A program made the translations under genes and the position numbers. A DNA stretch of 64,000 nt, taken from NCBI RefSeq assembly GCF_902713615.1, contig NC_052154.1:74209495-74273494 (forward strand), read 5' to 3'. This DNA is from Scyliorhinus canicula (lineage: Eukaryota). Below are positions 36,356-47,905 of this stretch, one piece after another. The notes under the pieces are model-generated. The model did not search any database and was not told the origin of the DNA. It saw only the letters and a list, made by a program, of their open reading frames with translations. Numbering within the stretch: position 1 is the stretch's first letter; every line of letters starts with the position of its first letter.

Positions 36356-37253
36356 GTAAGCATTGTGGACTTTGCTAAATGCTTTAAATCTAGAATTTTC
36401 AATGTATTTGATTTGTAAGACGTTGCAGTGGGCTGAAGTAATATTGTAAGGGAATTACATTTATTTGAAGTAACTGTACTCATAGATTTAAACAATAAGT
36501 TCAGTGAACACTCAGAACGGTTTTGTAACTATGATTGTTTTCACTGTTGAATATTATAACATTTATTGTGCATCACTGGACAACCTCCTCAATTACTAGT
36601 TTGACATGTGAATGAAACAAACCTTGCAGAATCTCGGTGAATGCAAGAGAGGCAAACAAATGAATCACTGCCATAGATATTTGCACTGTGTATTGCATCA
36701 AGTATCCTAACATGACAGCTTACACAGTGCAGTCCTGAAGCCTAGCTCTGCCCCATTTCTGGTAGATGTAACAGAAAAAAGTGATATGTATAATTACTGT
36801 AAGCAGAGTTTGCACATTCTCCCCGTGTCTGCGTGGGTTTCGCCCCCACAACCCAAAAATGTGCAGAGTAGGTGGATTGGCCACACTAAATTGCCCCTTA
36901 ATTGGAAAAAATAATTGGGTAATTAAATTTACTTTTTGAAAAATAATTACTGCAAGCGAAGTATGTTATGCTACCCTGAAGTCATATCATTTCCTTGAAT
37001 GTCTGCAGATAAAATTGTGGTAACTCGCCTTTATCCCAAGTGGTTACATAAATTAGATTTTCTCAAGGACTTTTTAAACAATAAATTCTTCACCTATCAA
37101 TAGCAAAGGTTGTAAAGTAACCTCATTATCCATCCAACTTTTGTGGGTTACATCAGGTTAAAGGTTTATCAGTCCCAATACGTCTGATGGCCATCGACCA
37201 TATTCATTCATAACCTAGATAAGGATACTATGCAAGTATTGGATCACTCACCA

Positions 37254-37900
37254 ATCCTCATGATCTAATTATTGGGATGACTTTGGCATATCCTCATGAT
37301 CTAGTTATTCGCATCACTCCGACATATCCTCATGATTTAGTCATTGGGATCACTTCACATACCCTCATGATCTAGTTATTGGGATCACTCCCATATACTC
37401 TCATAATCTAGTTAATGGGATTGCTCCCACAAACTCTCAAGATCTAGCTATTGGGATCACTCCAACATATCCTCATGGTCTAGTTATTGGGATCCATCCC
37501 ATATACCCTCGTGATTTAGTTGTTGGGATCACTCCGACATATCCTCATGATCTAGTTATTGGGATCCATCTCAGATACCCTCATGATTTAGCTATTGTGG
37601 AGGGTAGCATGGTGGCACAGTGGTTAGCACTGCTATCTCACAGCACTGAGATCGCAGGTTCAATCATGGCTCTGGGTCACTGACCATGTGGGGTTTGCAC
37701 ATTCTCCCTATTCTTGCGTGAGTTTCACCTCCACAACCCAAAGATGTGCAGGGTAGGTGGATTGGCCACACTAAATTTCCCCTTAATTGGAAAAAATAAA
37801 TTGGGTACTCTAAATATATATTTTTTAAATTATTTAGTTATTGGGATCACTCTGACATATCCTTGTGATCTAGTTATTGGCATCATTCTTGCATTTTTCA
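37254..37900. repeat. About 36-bp intronic minisatellite TCCTCATGATCTAGTTATTGGGATCACTCC.ACATA, interrupted by a SINE
   Basis: About 12 diverged units visible on both sides of the SINE at 37602-37830. Confidence 0.85.
37602..37830 (+). mobile_element. V-SINE (short form)
   Basis: Head and core motifs. Confidence 0.75.
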
Positions 37901-38320
37901 TGATCTTGGATAAGAGACCAGCTAGTTACTAATTTGATCAATCGAGGAAAGTTAGTAATGAACTAAATCTAATTAGATTAATTCACAGTGAGGCCATTTG
38001 TTTTGAGCAATAGCTGGGACTGAGTATAGTCATTAATACTGAGACTCATTTGATTGCCAACTGAAGTTAATTAGGTTGTTCTGAATTAATCTGTAGATTT
38101 TGTTTCCAAGTGAACTGATGAGAAATGAATCAAAGATTATAGTAATAATTAGTAGACATGTGGTTTGAAAAGTAAGAGTTCTATTAGATTGTGAAATTGA
38201 GATGTTTCTATGAAGCAATGCAGTTCAAAGGCAATTTGCTGATTTGCCTGTTCATACCTGCCGGAGAATTTGTTTCAAGTTTAACATCATATTATTTTCT
38301 TTCCATTTATTCTCTGCTAG

Positions 38321-38364
38321 GCAAAAGGAGAAAAACAGAGAAAAGATGTGTTCAGGAAAAGCAG
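38321..38364 (+). CDS. IgSF receptor exon 5: basic juxtamembrane cytoplasmic exon GKRRKTEKRCVQEKQ
   Basis: Long polypyrimidine tract with TAG acceptor, CAG|GTAACT donor, phase 1 to 0. Confidence 0.65.
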
Positions 38365-39073
38365 GTAACTGTCTATAAGATTTTTAAAATGAGTCTTCTG
38401 AAATCTCTTAATGCATATTGTGCGGGAAAAAATATCCTAAACATAGACATCCAAATAGACAATTGAGATTGTTTTTCACTGTATTTTACAATGGACATTC
38501 TGTCTTGGGCATGGTTAGAATGTAATACATAGAAACGGTTATGTTCCCTTTGTTACCTTGTAGGATTGTTGAATGACATTTATTTGTATGTAATATGTAT
38601 ATACGTATATTTAATCATTCTCCTGGAAGTACTATCTCATGCTGGAGCATAGTTTTATAGATTGAGTTTCCTGTGGTATCTTGTTGAAGTAACATTACAT
38701 GTATGTACCTTAACAGTAAGATCCTAATTTGAACTAGGAAGCTGGTGGAAATGTTGTACACAAACATTGAAGCAAGCAATGCACTCAGAAACAATGGTGT
38801 CTTTGAGAACCAGCCAATTTTAATGTGCGGGCCTCATTTCATCAAATATTGTCAGGGTCCTGCCTAAATACTGGATCTACTGATCTACTACCTGGTTGGT
38901 GCATGAAAATGGCAACCGAGTCCTCACAGGAAAGGTGACTGGCAGTCAGGTAAACAGTTAGTGCAGAGAAAACTTGGGGCAAGCGCAATCCATTTCCTTG
39001 TGGGGAACAGAGGGGATTTTCATACTGTGAAAGTCAACATCGTGTCAATCTCTTTTGTACTGTTGTCTTGCAG

Positions 39074-39283
39074 CATATGCATAAAGCAGCTAATCAAAAG
39101 ATGGCATATACAGCTGTGGATTTTAACAGACTCGCACAAAACACCAAGTACCAACAGATGGAGAAGAGAAAAGCATGTCCGCACCCACCCCAGAGAAACC
39201 AACAGAGAGACGACAAGGTTATTTATGCAACACCCCCACTCAAACAATACCAGGGCAGAAAGATGGGCCGTTCTGTGCAATGA
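39074..39283 (+). CDS. IgSF receptor exon 6: cytoplasmic tail with MAYTAV and VIYAT motifs, then stop
   Basis: TTGCAG| phase-0 acceptor, open frame to TGA, ATTAAA at 39412-39417. Confidence 0.72.
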   Translation, partial: HMHKAANQKMAYTAVDFNRLAQNTKYQQMEKRKACPHPPQRNQQRDDKVIYATPPLKQYQGRKMGRSVQ

Positions 39284-40172
39284 ACACAAGCCCAACATAT
39301 CAGTTACCAGCAAGAAGTTGCTTCTGCAAACTTAGCTTGTCCTGAGTCAACAGTTAAAAAATATATGCTAAAACCGCTTTTTATAGAGCTCATTCAAACC
39401 AAAATTTCTTCATTAAATACTTTCTCACCGTCTCTTCATGAATGTTGCTGAATAACAACCTCCTTTGTGTTATAAATATAAGAAATAATATGATGATAAC
39501 CGATGTTAGTAACAATAGCTTCAATAGTGTTAGGCAGCAATCTTCTGAATGCCGCACTCCGTAAAAGAACTGTGGGGGTCTACCCAAATTTAAACTAGAA
39601 ACTGAAATTGGATTGGTATCAAATTGCAAGAAAAATATCCAAACCCTCGTCCACCGACACTGGCATTCTGACCTTGAATAGCCCAAAGTACATCAGAAAA
39701 CAAAACCTGCACAGTACACCGACAGGAACTTTTGACTATGTTGCTCCTCTCAGTGGAGTGGGCTCATGTGTGCAGAACTAGTAGCAAATGTCACTGAGGG
39801 ACTGAAATAATATTTTTAGAAAATAAGTTGTGAAAATAAGACATAAAAAGAAACAACGTTTATGAACATAGAGAGGCATTTCATGCAGAGCCAGCAGAGA
39901 AGACTTTAAAGTAAATAATGTCATCAGCTAAATTTAATGAGCAACGTCTTCACACACAGAGCGTGTGATAAGTGTCATTTGGATCAATCCTTCCACAGAC
40001 CACGTACAGTTTGCACTGATGGATTTCTCTGCAGGTACAAATGAGCAGCTACATTGAGCCCAGATTGCAACCCAGCAAAACATCAATTCAACCAAGCACA
40101 TTAATTTATACCATTTTGCTAAAACCCCAATTGTTATCTCAAGACCTAGGAATATCTTCCACATATCTTCCA

Positions 40173-40515
40173 GGGCAGCACGGTAGCATGGTGGTTAGCA
40201 TAAATGCTTCACAGCTCCAGGGTCCCAGGTTCGATTCCCGGCTGGGTCACTGTCTGTGCGGAGTCTGCACGTCCTCCCCGTGTGTGCGTGGGTTTCCTCC
40301 GGGTGCTCCGGTTTCCTCCCACAGTCCAAAGATGTGCGAGTTAGGTGGCTTGACCATGCTAAATTGCCCGTAACGTCCTAAAAAGTAAGGTTAAGGGGGG
40401 GGTTGTTGGGTTACGGGTATAGGGTGGATACGTGGGTTTGAATAGGGTGATCATGGCTCGGCACAACATCGAGGGCCGAAGGGCTTGTTCTGTGCTGTAC
40501 TGTTCTATGTTCTAT
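40173..40515 (+). mobile_element. Full-length V-SINE with CR1-type tail
   Basis: Same family as 32155-32499. Confidence 0.85.
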
Positions 40516-42115
40516 AATGTTTAAAATATGACCACAAATTTATGTGGTTCTTCATAGAATCATGCAAAAAAAAAAACGAACGTGGCCGTTCAGACCATCA
40601 TACCTATGCCAGCCCTTTGAAAGAGCTATTGAATTACTCCCAACCTGTTCAGATTTTTCTAATTAAATTGCTAGCTGTTGTGTTATTTGCTTCTGCCATT
40701 TTAGCCATTTTATTCTGTGCAGATAGTTTTCTCTGTCCATTACCCTCCCCTGTTTTCTGCTTCTCAATACAGCTGACACATTTACCATGATGTTCAAGAA
40801 CATTGTCTTCTGTCTCACAAATGGAACTGGGTAAAATGACGAGGTTATGAATTGGTACACACCTCAAATTGGTAGGGAGCTCCCAGGGATGCATACTGAC
40901 CATCAGACAATTGCCATGTGTTGCTATTGTAGAACATGCTGCCTGCTGAGGAGGAGATAGAAACCGGGCTTGGTGTTAGAACCACAATCTAATGCATCGT
41001 TGGGAACATCATGACTGCAGATGGGAAGAGAGGTTTGCTGTGTAACTCTAATCGGTGGTCATGGCAGTGGTTTAGGGTTTCAATGCACACTCAAGTGAGG
41101 GCAGATGTTACAACAGTGCACATAAATAAGAAAATAACCGCCATATTTTGATCTTAGCCTTGCGATTCTGGAAGGTGAATACATTACAGAGCCCAGAGAT
41201 CAAAGTCAGTGGTTTTAGTAATTGTTCAGTCTGCCCTGTGCAGCTCGAGAACTCAATGTGCAGATTTGATATAATGTATATCTCTGCTTTGTAAATTCTA
41301 TCAACGAAATAAAGGTTTCTATTTCTGTAACTGCAGTCACAGGGCGCACAATCACTTCAGTTTAAGTCACGCGGTGGACCGGATAAGTCCTCGTGCATTA
41401 AGTTTGCGTTCACACGTTTCTTAAAACTAAAATATTATTGCTACGTAAATATTAAAATGATTTGGATTTTCGGTGTTCAAAATGTGTCTTCAAACAGCCA
41501 AGCTCCTCAAGTCATCACATTTCATTGCCGTGCTGTAGATTCTCAGTGAGAATTCAGTGAATCTCTCCGGGCTGACAGAGGTTTGGCGGGAGATTCCAAA
41601 CCTTGCACCAGCCTCAGTAAGAAGCAGCCAATGTCGCCACCTCCTGGTGAAGTGGCGACATTGTGCAACTTGGTGGCTGTCGATTGGAATTCACATGTTA
41701 CACTGATTCAAGAGCCGGGTGAAGGGTCCCCCTCGGTTCCGTCCCACAGGCTCGGCGCATCTCCTAAACTCTGGGGAAGTTCAACACTGAGCAGGTCCAG
41801 AGGCTTTTAGCCAGTGCTGTGTGGTAGAAACTAGAAAGACCACCAATGGGGAAACCCTGGCACATTGTCAACCCCGGATCCGGAGTGTCAGTGAGCTGCA
41901 GAGTGGCCAGTTTGATATCGACATCGGTTCTACGCCCTCCAAAACACTGCCCTTCCAGCAAGGACTGGATCTCGTTTATTACTGGATCTGGGATGTATGA
42001 ATTGTTTTCGAGCTTACATTTGCTACTACAATAAAAGTACCAATTGTTAAATTACAGCAAGCGCAGATATCAGAGCAGGGCACACAGGACTTCACTAAAT
42101 GTTCAGAAATGTATT

Positions 42116-42454
42116 GTAAGAAGTCTTACAACACCAGGTTAAAGTCCAACATGTTCGTTTCAAACACTAGCTTTTGGAGCACTGCTCCTTCCTCAGGTGA
42201 ATAAAGAGCTATGTTCCAGAAACATATATATAGACAAATTCAAAGATGCCAGACAATGCTTAGAATGCGAGCATTTGCAGGTAATTCAGGAAGACTATGT
42301 CTATATCTATGTTTCTGGAACATACCTCTTCATTCACCTGAGGAAGGAGCAGTGCTCCGAAAGCTAGTGTTTGAAACAAACATGTTGGACTTTAACCTGG
42401 TGTTGTAAGACTTCTTACTGTGCTCACCCCAGTCCAACGCCGGCATCTCCACAT
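42116..42454 (+). mobile_element. Miniature Penelope-derived inverted-repeat element
   Basis: About 120-bp inverted pLTR arms, tail on one side only, flanking direct repeat CAGAAATGTATT (42104-42115 and 42455-42466). Confidence 0.85.
42335..42369 (+). ncRNA. Minimal type I hammerhead ribozyme motif
   Basis: CAC-CUGAGGA-A-GGAGC(AGU)GCUCC-GAAA-GCUA-GUG. Confidence 0.65.
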
Positions 42455-42909
42455 CAGAAATGTATTAGCAAAGGTTTCGGAGGGGGAATTGTTCAGCCGC
42501 TGTATATTCATAATTAAAAAAATAGGCACAGTCCTTGTTGCGTGCTGATTTCCGGATCATTTCCTCGGCCCCCTTCACCCCTGACTGTAAGTCAAAGTTT
42601 CCTTCACACCACATTGTATCCCTGACAGAGTTTTTAACAGGTCACAGTCTGAAATTCAATCAGTTTTTCATACACATCTAGAAAACCAGTGAGGGATGAT
42701 CACTTTAAAAATGGTTCCTCAGATAATGAAGCAGTCCATGTCCAAATGTAGCAACACCTGGACAATATCCAGGCTTGAGCGAACAAGTGACAAGTGGCCC
42801 CTTGATATTCAATGACATTACCACTGCTGAATCCCCACAATCAACATCCTGGGGGTTACCATTGATCAGAGACTGAACTGGACTAGCCATATTAATACTG
42901 TGGCTACCA

Positions 42910-43113
42910 GGGCAGTACCGTGGTGCAGTGGGTTAGCCCTGTTGCATCACGGCGCTGAGGTCCCAGGTTCGATTCTGGGTCACTGTCCGTGTGAAGTTTG
43001 CACATTCTCCCTGGGCTTGCGTGGGTTTTGCCCCACAACCCAAAGATGTGCAGGTTAAGTGGATTGGCCACGCTAAATTGCCCCTTAATTGGAAAATAAA
43101 TAAATAAATAAAA
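42910..43113 (+). mobile_element. V-SINE inserted in a CR1 fragment (duplicated near 45832-46035)
   Basis: Flanked by direct repeat AATACTGTGGCTACCA. Confidence 0.75.
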
Positions 43114-43523
43114 ATACTGTGGCTACCAGGGCAGGTCAAAGGTTAGGAATCCTATGGCGAGTAACTCACCTCCTAAAATAACCCTGGACATCTGAAAAAC
43201 AGTGTGAAATAAGTCTATGCTGTGAAGACAAGAGAGTGCAGTGGGACACAAGCCTGTCATTGACTACAAACATACCCCATAGTCAATCACTTTGGGGTTC
43301 TGTTGAAGATGATTGACCTGAACCCTCTTTCTCCATCCGCAGTTGATGTCAGCAGACCTGCTGATATTTCGAGCATTCTCTGTTCCTCATTCAGATTTTC
43401 AGCATCTGCAGCATTTTGCTTTTGTATTCGGACCCTTTTATTCCAGCTCAAAAAGAACAGCAACACTTGCAATCTATTGCAAAAGAGGGTGAACCAAAGT
43501 CATCTTTCAATTTAAATACTGAT

Positions 43524-43880
43524 CACAGAATCACAGATTTTACTGTGCATAAGGAGGCCATTTGGCCCATCGAGTCTGCACCAGCCCTTACAAAGAGCAC
43601 CCGAATGAAGCCCACGTATCGACCCTATCCCTGTAACCCAGTAACCCCCACTTAACATTGTTTGGACACAAAGGGCAATTTTAAACACGAAGGGCAATTT
43701 AGCATGGCAAATCCACCTAACCCGCACATCTTTGGACCGTGGGAGGAAACCGGAACACCCTGAGGAAACTCACGCGGACATTGGGAGAACATGCAGACTC
43801 CGCACAGACAGTGACCCAGCCAGGAATCGAAGCTGGAACTGTGAAGCAACTGCGCTAACCACTATGCTACTGTGCTGCCC
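43524..43880 (-). mobile_element. V-SINE with CR1-type tail (duplicated near 46446-46801)
   Basis: Antisense head, core and tail. Confidence 0.75.
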
Positions 43881-44306
43881 ACTCAATACAATTCAATTCA
43901 ATACTAAGCATGAAAACTCAAACCTCCAATCTGGCATGCATGTGAATCCAGATCTACAGCAATGTGGTTGACTCTTAAATGCCGCCTCTGGGCCACGCCC
44001 ACAGAATTAAAACAATTCGCAACTGCCTTGAAGATAACAAACCTCCACAAAGGAAAATAAATATCCAGAATTATACAGAGAAAGGTAATTTAAAAAAAAT
44101 CTTTTTTTAAATGTTCAATTCAATTTGGTGATTTTTCTGCTGAAGGTTTCAACATGTGGAAGTTAATTCACTTTTCATTTTGCTGATAAGTTTGAACAAT
44201 TCTAGTTGAGGTGATTGTGTTCCATGTTCAGTGATAATTGCTCATATTAGTCTGTGAAATATTTCTCTCTTCCGCTTAGCTCAGTAGTGAAAATGCTGGA
44301 GATACT

Positions 44307-47227
44307 AAGTCCTCGTGCATTAAGTTTGCGTTCACACGTTTCTTAAAACTAAAATATTATTGCTACGTAAATATTAAAATGATTTGGATTTTCGGTGTTC
44401 AAAATGTGTCTTCAAACAGCCAAGCTCCTCAAGTCATCACATTTCATTGCCGTGCTGTAGATTCTCAGTGAGAATTCAGTGAATCTCTCCGGGCTGACAG
44501 AGGTTTGGCGGGAGATTCCAAACCTTGCACCAGCCTCAGTAAGAAGCAGCCAATGTCGCCACCTCCTGGTGAAGTGGCGACATTGTGCAACTTGGTGGCT
44601 GTCGATTGGAATTCACATGTTACACTGATTCAAGAGCCGGGTGAAGGGTCCCCCTCGGTTCCGTCCCACAGGCTCGGCGCATCTCCTAAACTCTGGGGAA
44701 GTTCAACACTGAGCAGGTCCAGAGGCTTTTAGCCAGTGCTGTGTGGTAGAAACTAGAAAGACCACCAATGGGGAAACCCTGGCACATTGTCAACCCCGGA
44801 TCCGGAGTGTCAGTGAGCTGCAGAGTGGCCAGTTTGATATCGACATCGGTTCTACACCCTCCAAAACACTGCCCTTCCAGCAAGGACTGGATCTCGTTTA
44901 TTACTGGATCTGGGATGTATGAATTGTTTTCGAGTTTACATTTGCTACTACAATAAAAGTACCAATTGTTAAATTACAGCAAGCGCAGATATCAGAGCAG
45001 GGCACACAGGACTTCACTAAATGTTCAGAAATGTATTGTAAGAAGTCTTACAACACCAGGTTAAAGTCCAACATGTTGGTTTCAAACACTAGCTTTTGGA
45101 GCACTGCTCCTTCCTCAGGTGAATAAAGAGCTATGTTCCAGAAACATATATATAGACAAATTCAAAGATGCCAGACAATGCTTAGAATGCGAGCATTTGC
45201 AGGTAATTCAGGAAGACTATGTCTATATCTATGTTTCTGGAACATACCTCTTCATTCACCTGAGGAAGGAGCAGTGCTCCGAAAGCTAGTGTTTGAAACA
45301 AACATGTTGGACTTTAACCTGGTGGTGTAAGACTTCTTACTGTGCTCACCCCAGTCCAACGCCGGCATCTCCACATCAGAAATGTATTAGCAAAGGTTTC
45401 GGAGGGGGAATTGTTCAGCCGCTGTATATTCATAATAAAAAAAATAGGCACAGTCCTTGTTGCGTGCTGATTTCCGGATCATTTCCTCGGCCCCCTTCAC
45501 CCCTGACTGTAAGTCAAAGTTTCCTTCCCACCACATTGTATCCCTGACAGAGTTTTTAACAGGTCACAGTCTGAAATTCAATCAGTTTTTCATACACATC
45601 TAGAAAACCAGTGAGGGATGATCACTTTAAAAATGGTTCCTCAGATAATGAAGCAGTCCATGTCCAAATGTAGCAACACCTGGACAATATCCAGGCTTGA
45701 GCGAACAAGTGACAAGTGGCCCCTTGATATTCAATGACATTACCACTGCTGAATCCCCACAATCAACATCCTGGGGGTTACCATTGATCAGAGACTGAAC
45801 TGGACTAGCCATATTAATACTGTGGCTACCAGGGCAGTACCGTGGTGCAGTGGGTTAGCCCTGTTGCATCACGGCGCTGAGGTCCCAGGTTCGATTCTGG
45901 GTCACTGTCCGTGTGAAGTTTGCACATTCTCCCTGGGCTTGCGTGGGTTTTGCCCCACAACCCAAAGATGTGCAGGTTAAGTGGATTGGCCACGCTAAAT
46001 TGCCCCTTAATTGGAAAATAAATAAATAAATAAAAATACTGTGGCTACCAGGGCAGGTCAAAGGTTAGGAATCCTATGGCGAGTAACTCACCTCCTAAAA
46101 TAACTCTGGACATCTGAAAAACAGTGTGAAATAAGTCTATGCTGTGAAGACAAGAGAGTGCAGTGGGACACAAGCCTGTCATTGACTACAAACATACCCC
46201 ATAGTCAATCACTTTGGGGTTCTGTTGAAGATGATTGACCTGAACCCTCTTTCTCCATCCGCAGTTGATGTCAGCAGACCTGCTGATATTTCGAGCATTC
46301 TCTGTTCCTCATTCAGATTTTCAGCATCTGCAGCATTTTGCTTTTGTATTCGGACCCTTTTATTCCAGCTCAAAAAGAACAGCAACACTTGCAATCTATT
46401 GCAAAAGAGGGTGAACCAAAGTCATCTTTCAATTTAAATACTGATCACAGAATCACAGATTTTACTGTGCATAAGGAGGCCATTTGGCCCATCGAGTCTG
46501 CACCAGCCCTTACAAAGAGCACCCGAATGAAGCCCACGTATCGACCCTATCCCTGTAACCCAGTAACCCCCACTTAACATTGTTTGGACACAAAGGGCAA
46601 TTTTAGACACGAAGGGCAATTTAGCATGGCAAATCCACCTAACCCGCACATCTTTGGACCGTGGGAGGAAACCGGAACACCCTGAGGAAACTCACGCGGA
46701 CATTGGGAGAACATGCAGACTCCGCACAGACAGTGACCCAGCCAGGAATCGAAGCTGGAACTGTGAAGCAACTGCGCTAACCACTATGCTACTGTGCTGC
46801 CCACTCAATACAATTCAATTCAATACTAAGCATGAAAACTCAAACCTCCAATCTGGCATGCATGTGAATCCAGATCTACAGCAATGTGGTTGACTCTTAA
46901 ATGCCGCCTCTGGGCCACGCCCACAGAATTAAAACAATTCGCAACTGCCTTGAAGATAACAAACCTCCACAAAGGAAAATAAATATCCAGAATTATACAG
47001 AGAAAGGTAATTTAAAAAAATCTTTTTTTAAATGTTCAATTCAATTTGGTGATTTTTCTGCTGAAGGTTTCAACATGTGGAAGTTAATTCACTTTTCATT
47101 TTGCTGATAAGTTTGAACAATTCTAGTTGAGGTGATTGTGTTCCATGTTCAGTGATAATTGCTCATATTAGTCTGTGAAATATTTCTCTCTTCCGCTTAG
47201 CTCAGTAGTGAAAATGCTGGAGATACT
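44307..47227 (+). repeat. Tandem segmental duplication, copy 2
   Basis: Junction GAGATACT|AAGTCCTCG at 44306/44307. Confidence 0.95.
45038..45376 (+). mobile_element. Miniature Penelope-derived element (duplicate copy; hammerhead motif at 45257-45291)
   Basis: Copy of 42116-42454 within the duplication. Confidence 0.85.
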
Positions 47228-47319
47228 CACGCCTGGCGGTAACTATGGAGAGAGGCATTATCGTTTCAGATCACTGACCTCACACCAGAACTAGCCCAAT
47301 GAAAGAATTTGGCTCTTTA

Positions 47320-47905
47320 GAATCATAAGAATTTACAGTGCAGAAGGAGGCCATTCGGCCCATCAAGTCTGCACCGGCCCTTGAAAAGAGCACCACACAT
47401 AAGCCTATACCTCCACCCTATCCCCGTAACCCCACCTAACCTTTTTTGGACACTAAGGGCAATTTAGCATGGCCAATCCACCTAACCTGCACATCTTTGG
47501 ACTGTGGGAGGAAACCGGAGAACCCTTTTTAATTTTTTTTTTTTTAATTTTAGATTACCCAATTATTTTTTCCTATTAAGGGGCAATTTAGCGTGGCCGA
47601 TCCACCTATCCTGCACATCTTTGGGTTGTGGGGGCGAAACCCACGCAGACACGGGGAGAATGTGCAAACTCCTCACAGACAGTGACCCAGAGCCGGGATT
47701 CGAACCCGGGTCCTCAGCGCCGTAGACAGCAATGCTAACCACTGTGCCACCGTGCTGCCCCGAAACCGGAGAACCCTGAGGAAATCCACGCAAACACGGG
47801 GAGAACGTGCAGGTTCCGCACAGACAGTGACCCAAGCTGGGAATCAAACCTGGGACCCTGGAGCTGTGAAGCAACTATGCTGACCACTGCGCTACCGTGC
47901 TGCCC
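47320..47905 (-). mobile_element. V-SINE with a second V-SINE nested inside
   Basis: Inner copy (about 47526-47761) flanked by direct repeat GAAACCGGAGAACCCT. Confidence 0.75.

Larger units (their letters stand above)
41385..44306 (+). repeat. Tandem segmental duplication, copy 1
   Basis: Near-identical to 44307-47227 (offset 2922, then 2921 after one indel). Confidence 0.95.

Noticed and set aside
37009-37019. Possible 11-nt micro-exon (CAG|ATAAAATTGTG|GTAACT)
   Set aside because: Phase 1 to 0 is incompatible with exon 5 and would only work as an alternative to it; unsupported without RNA data.
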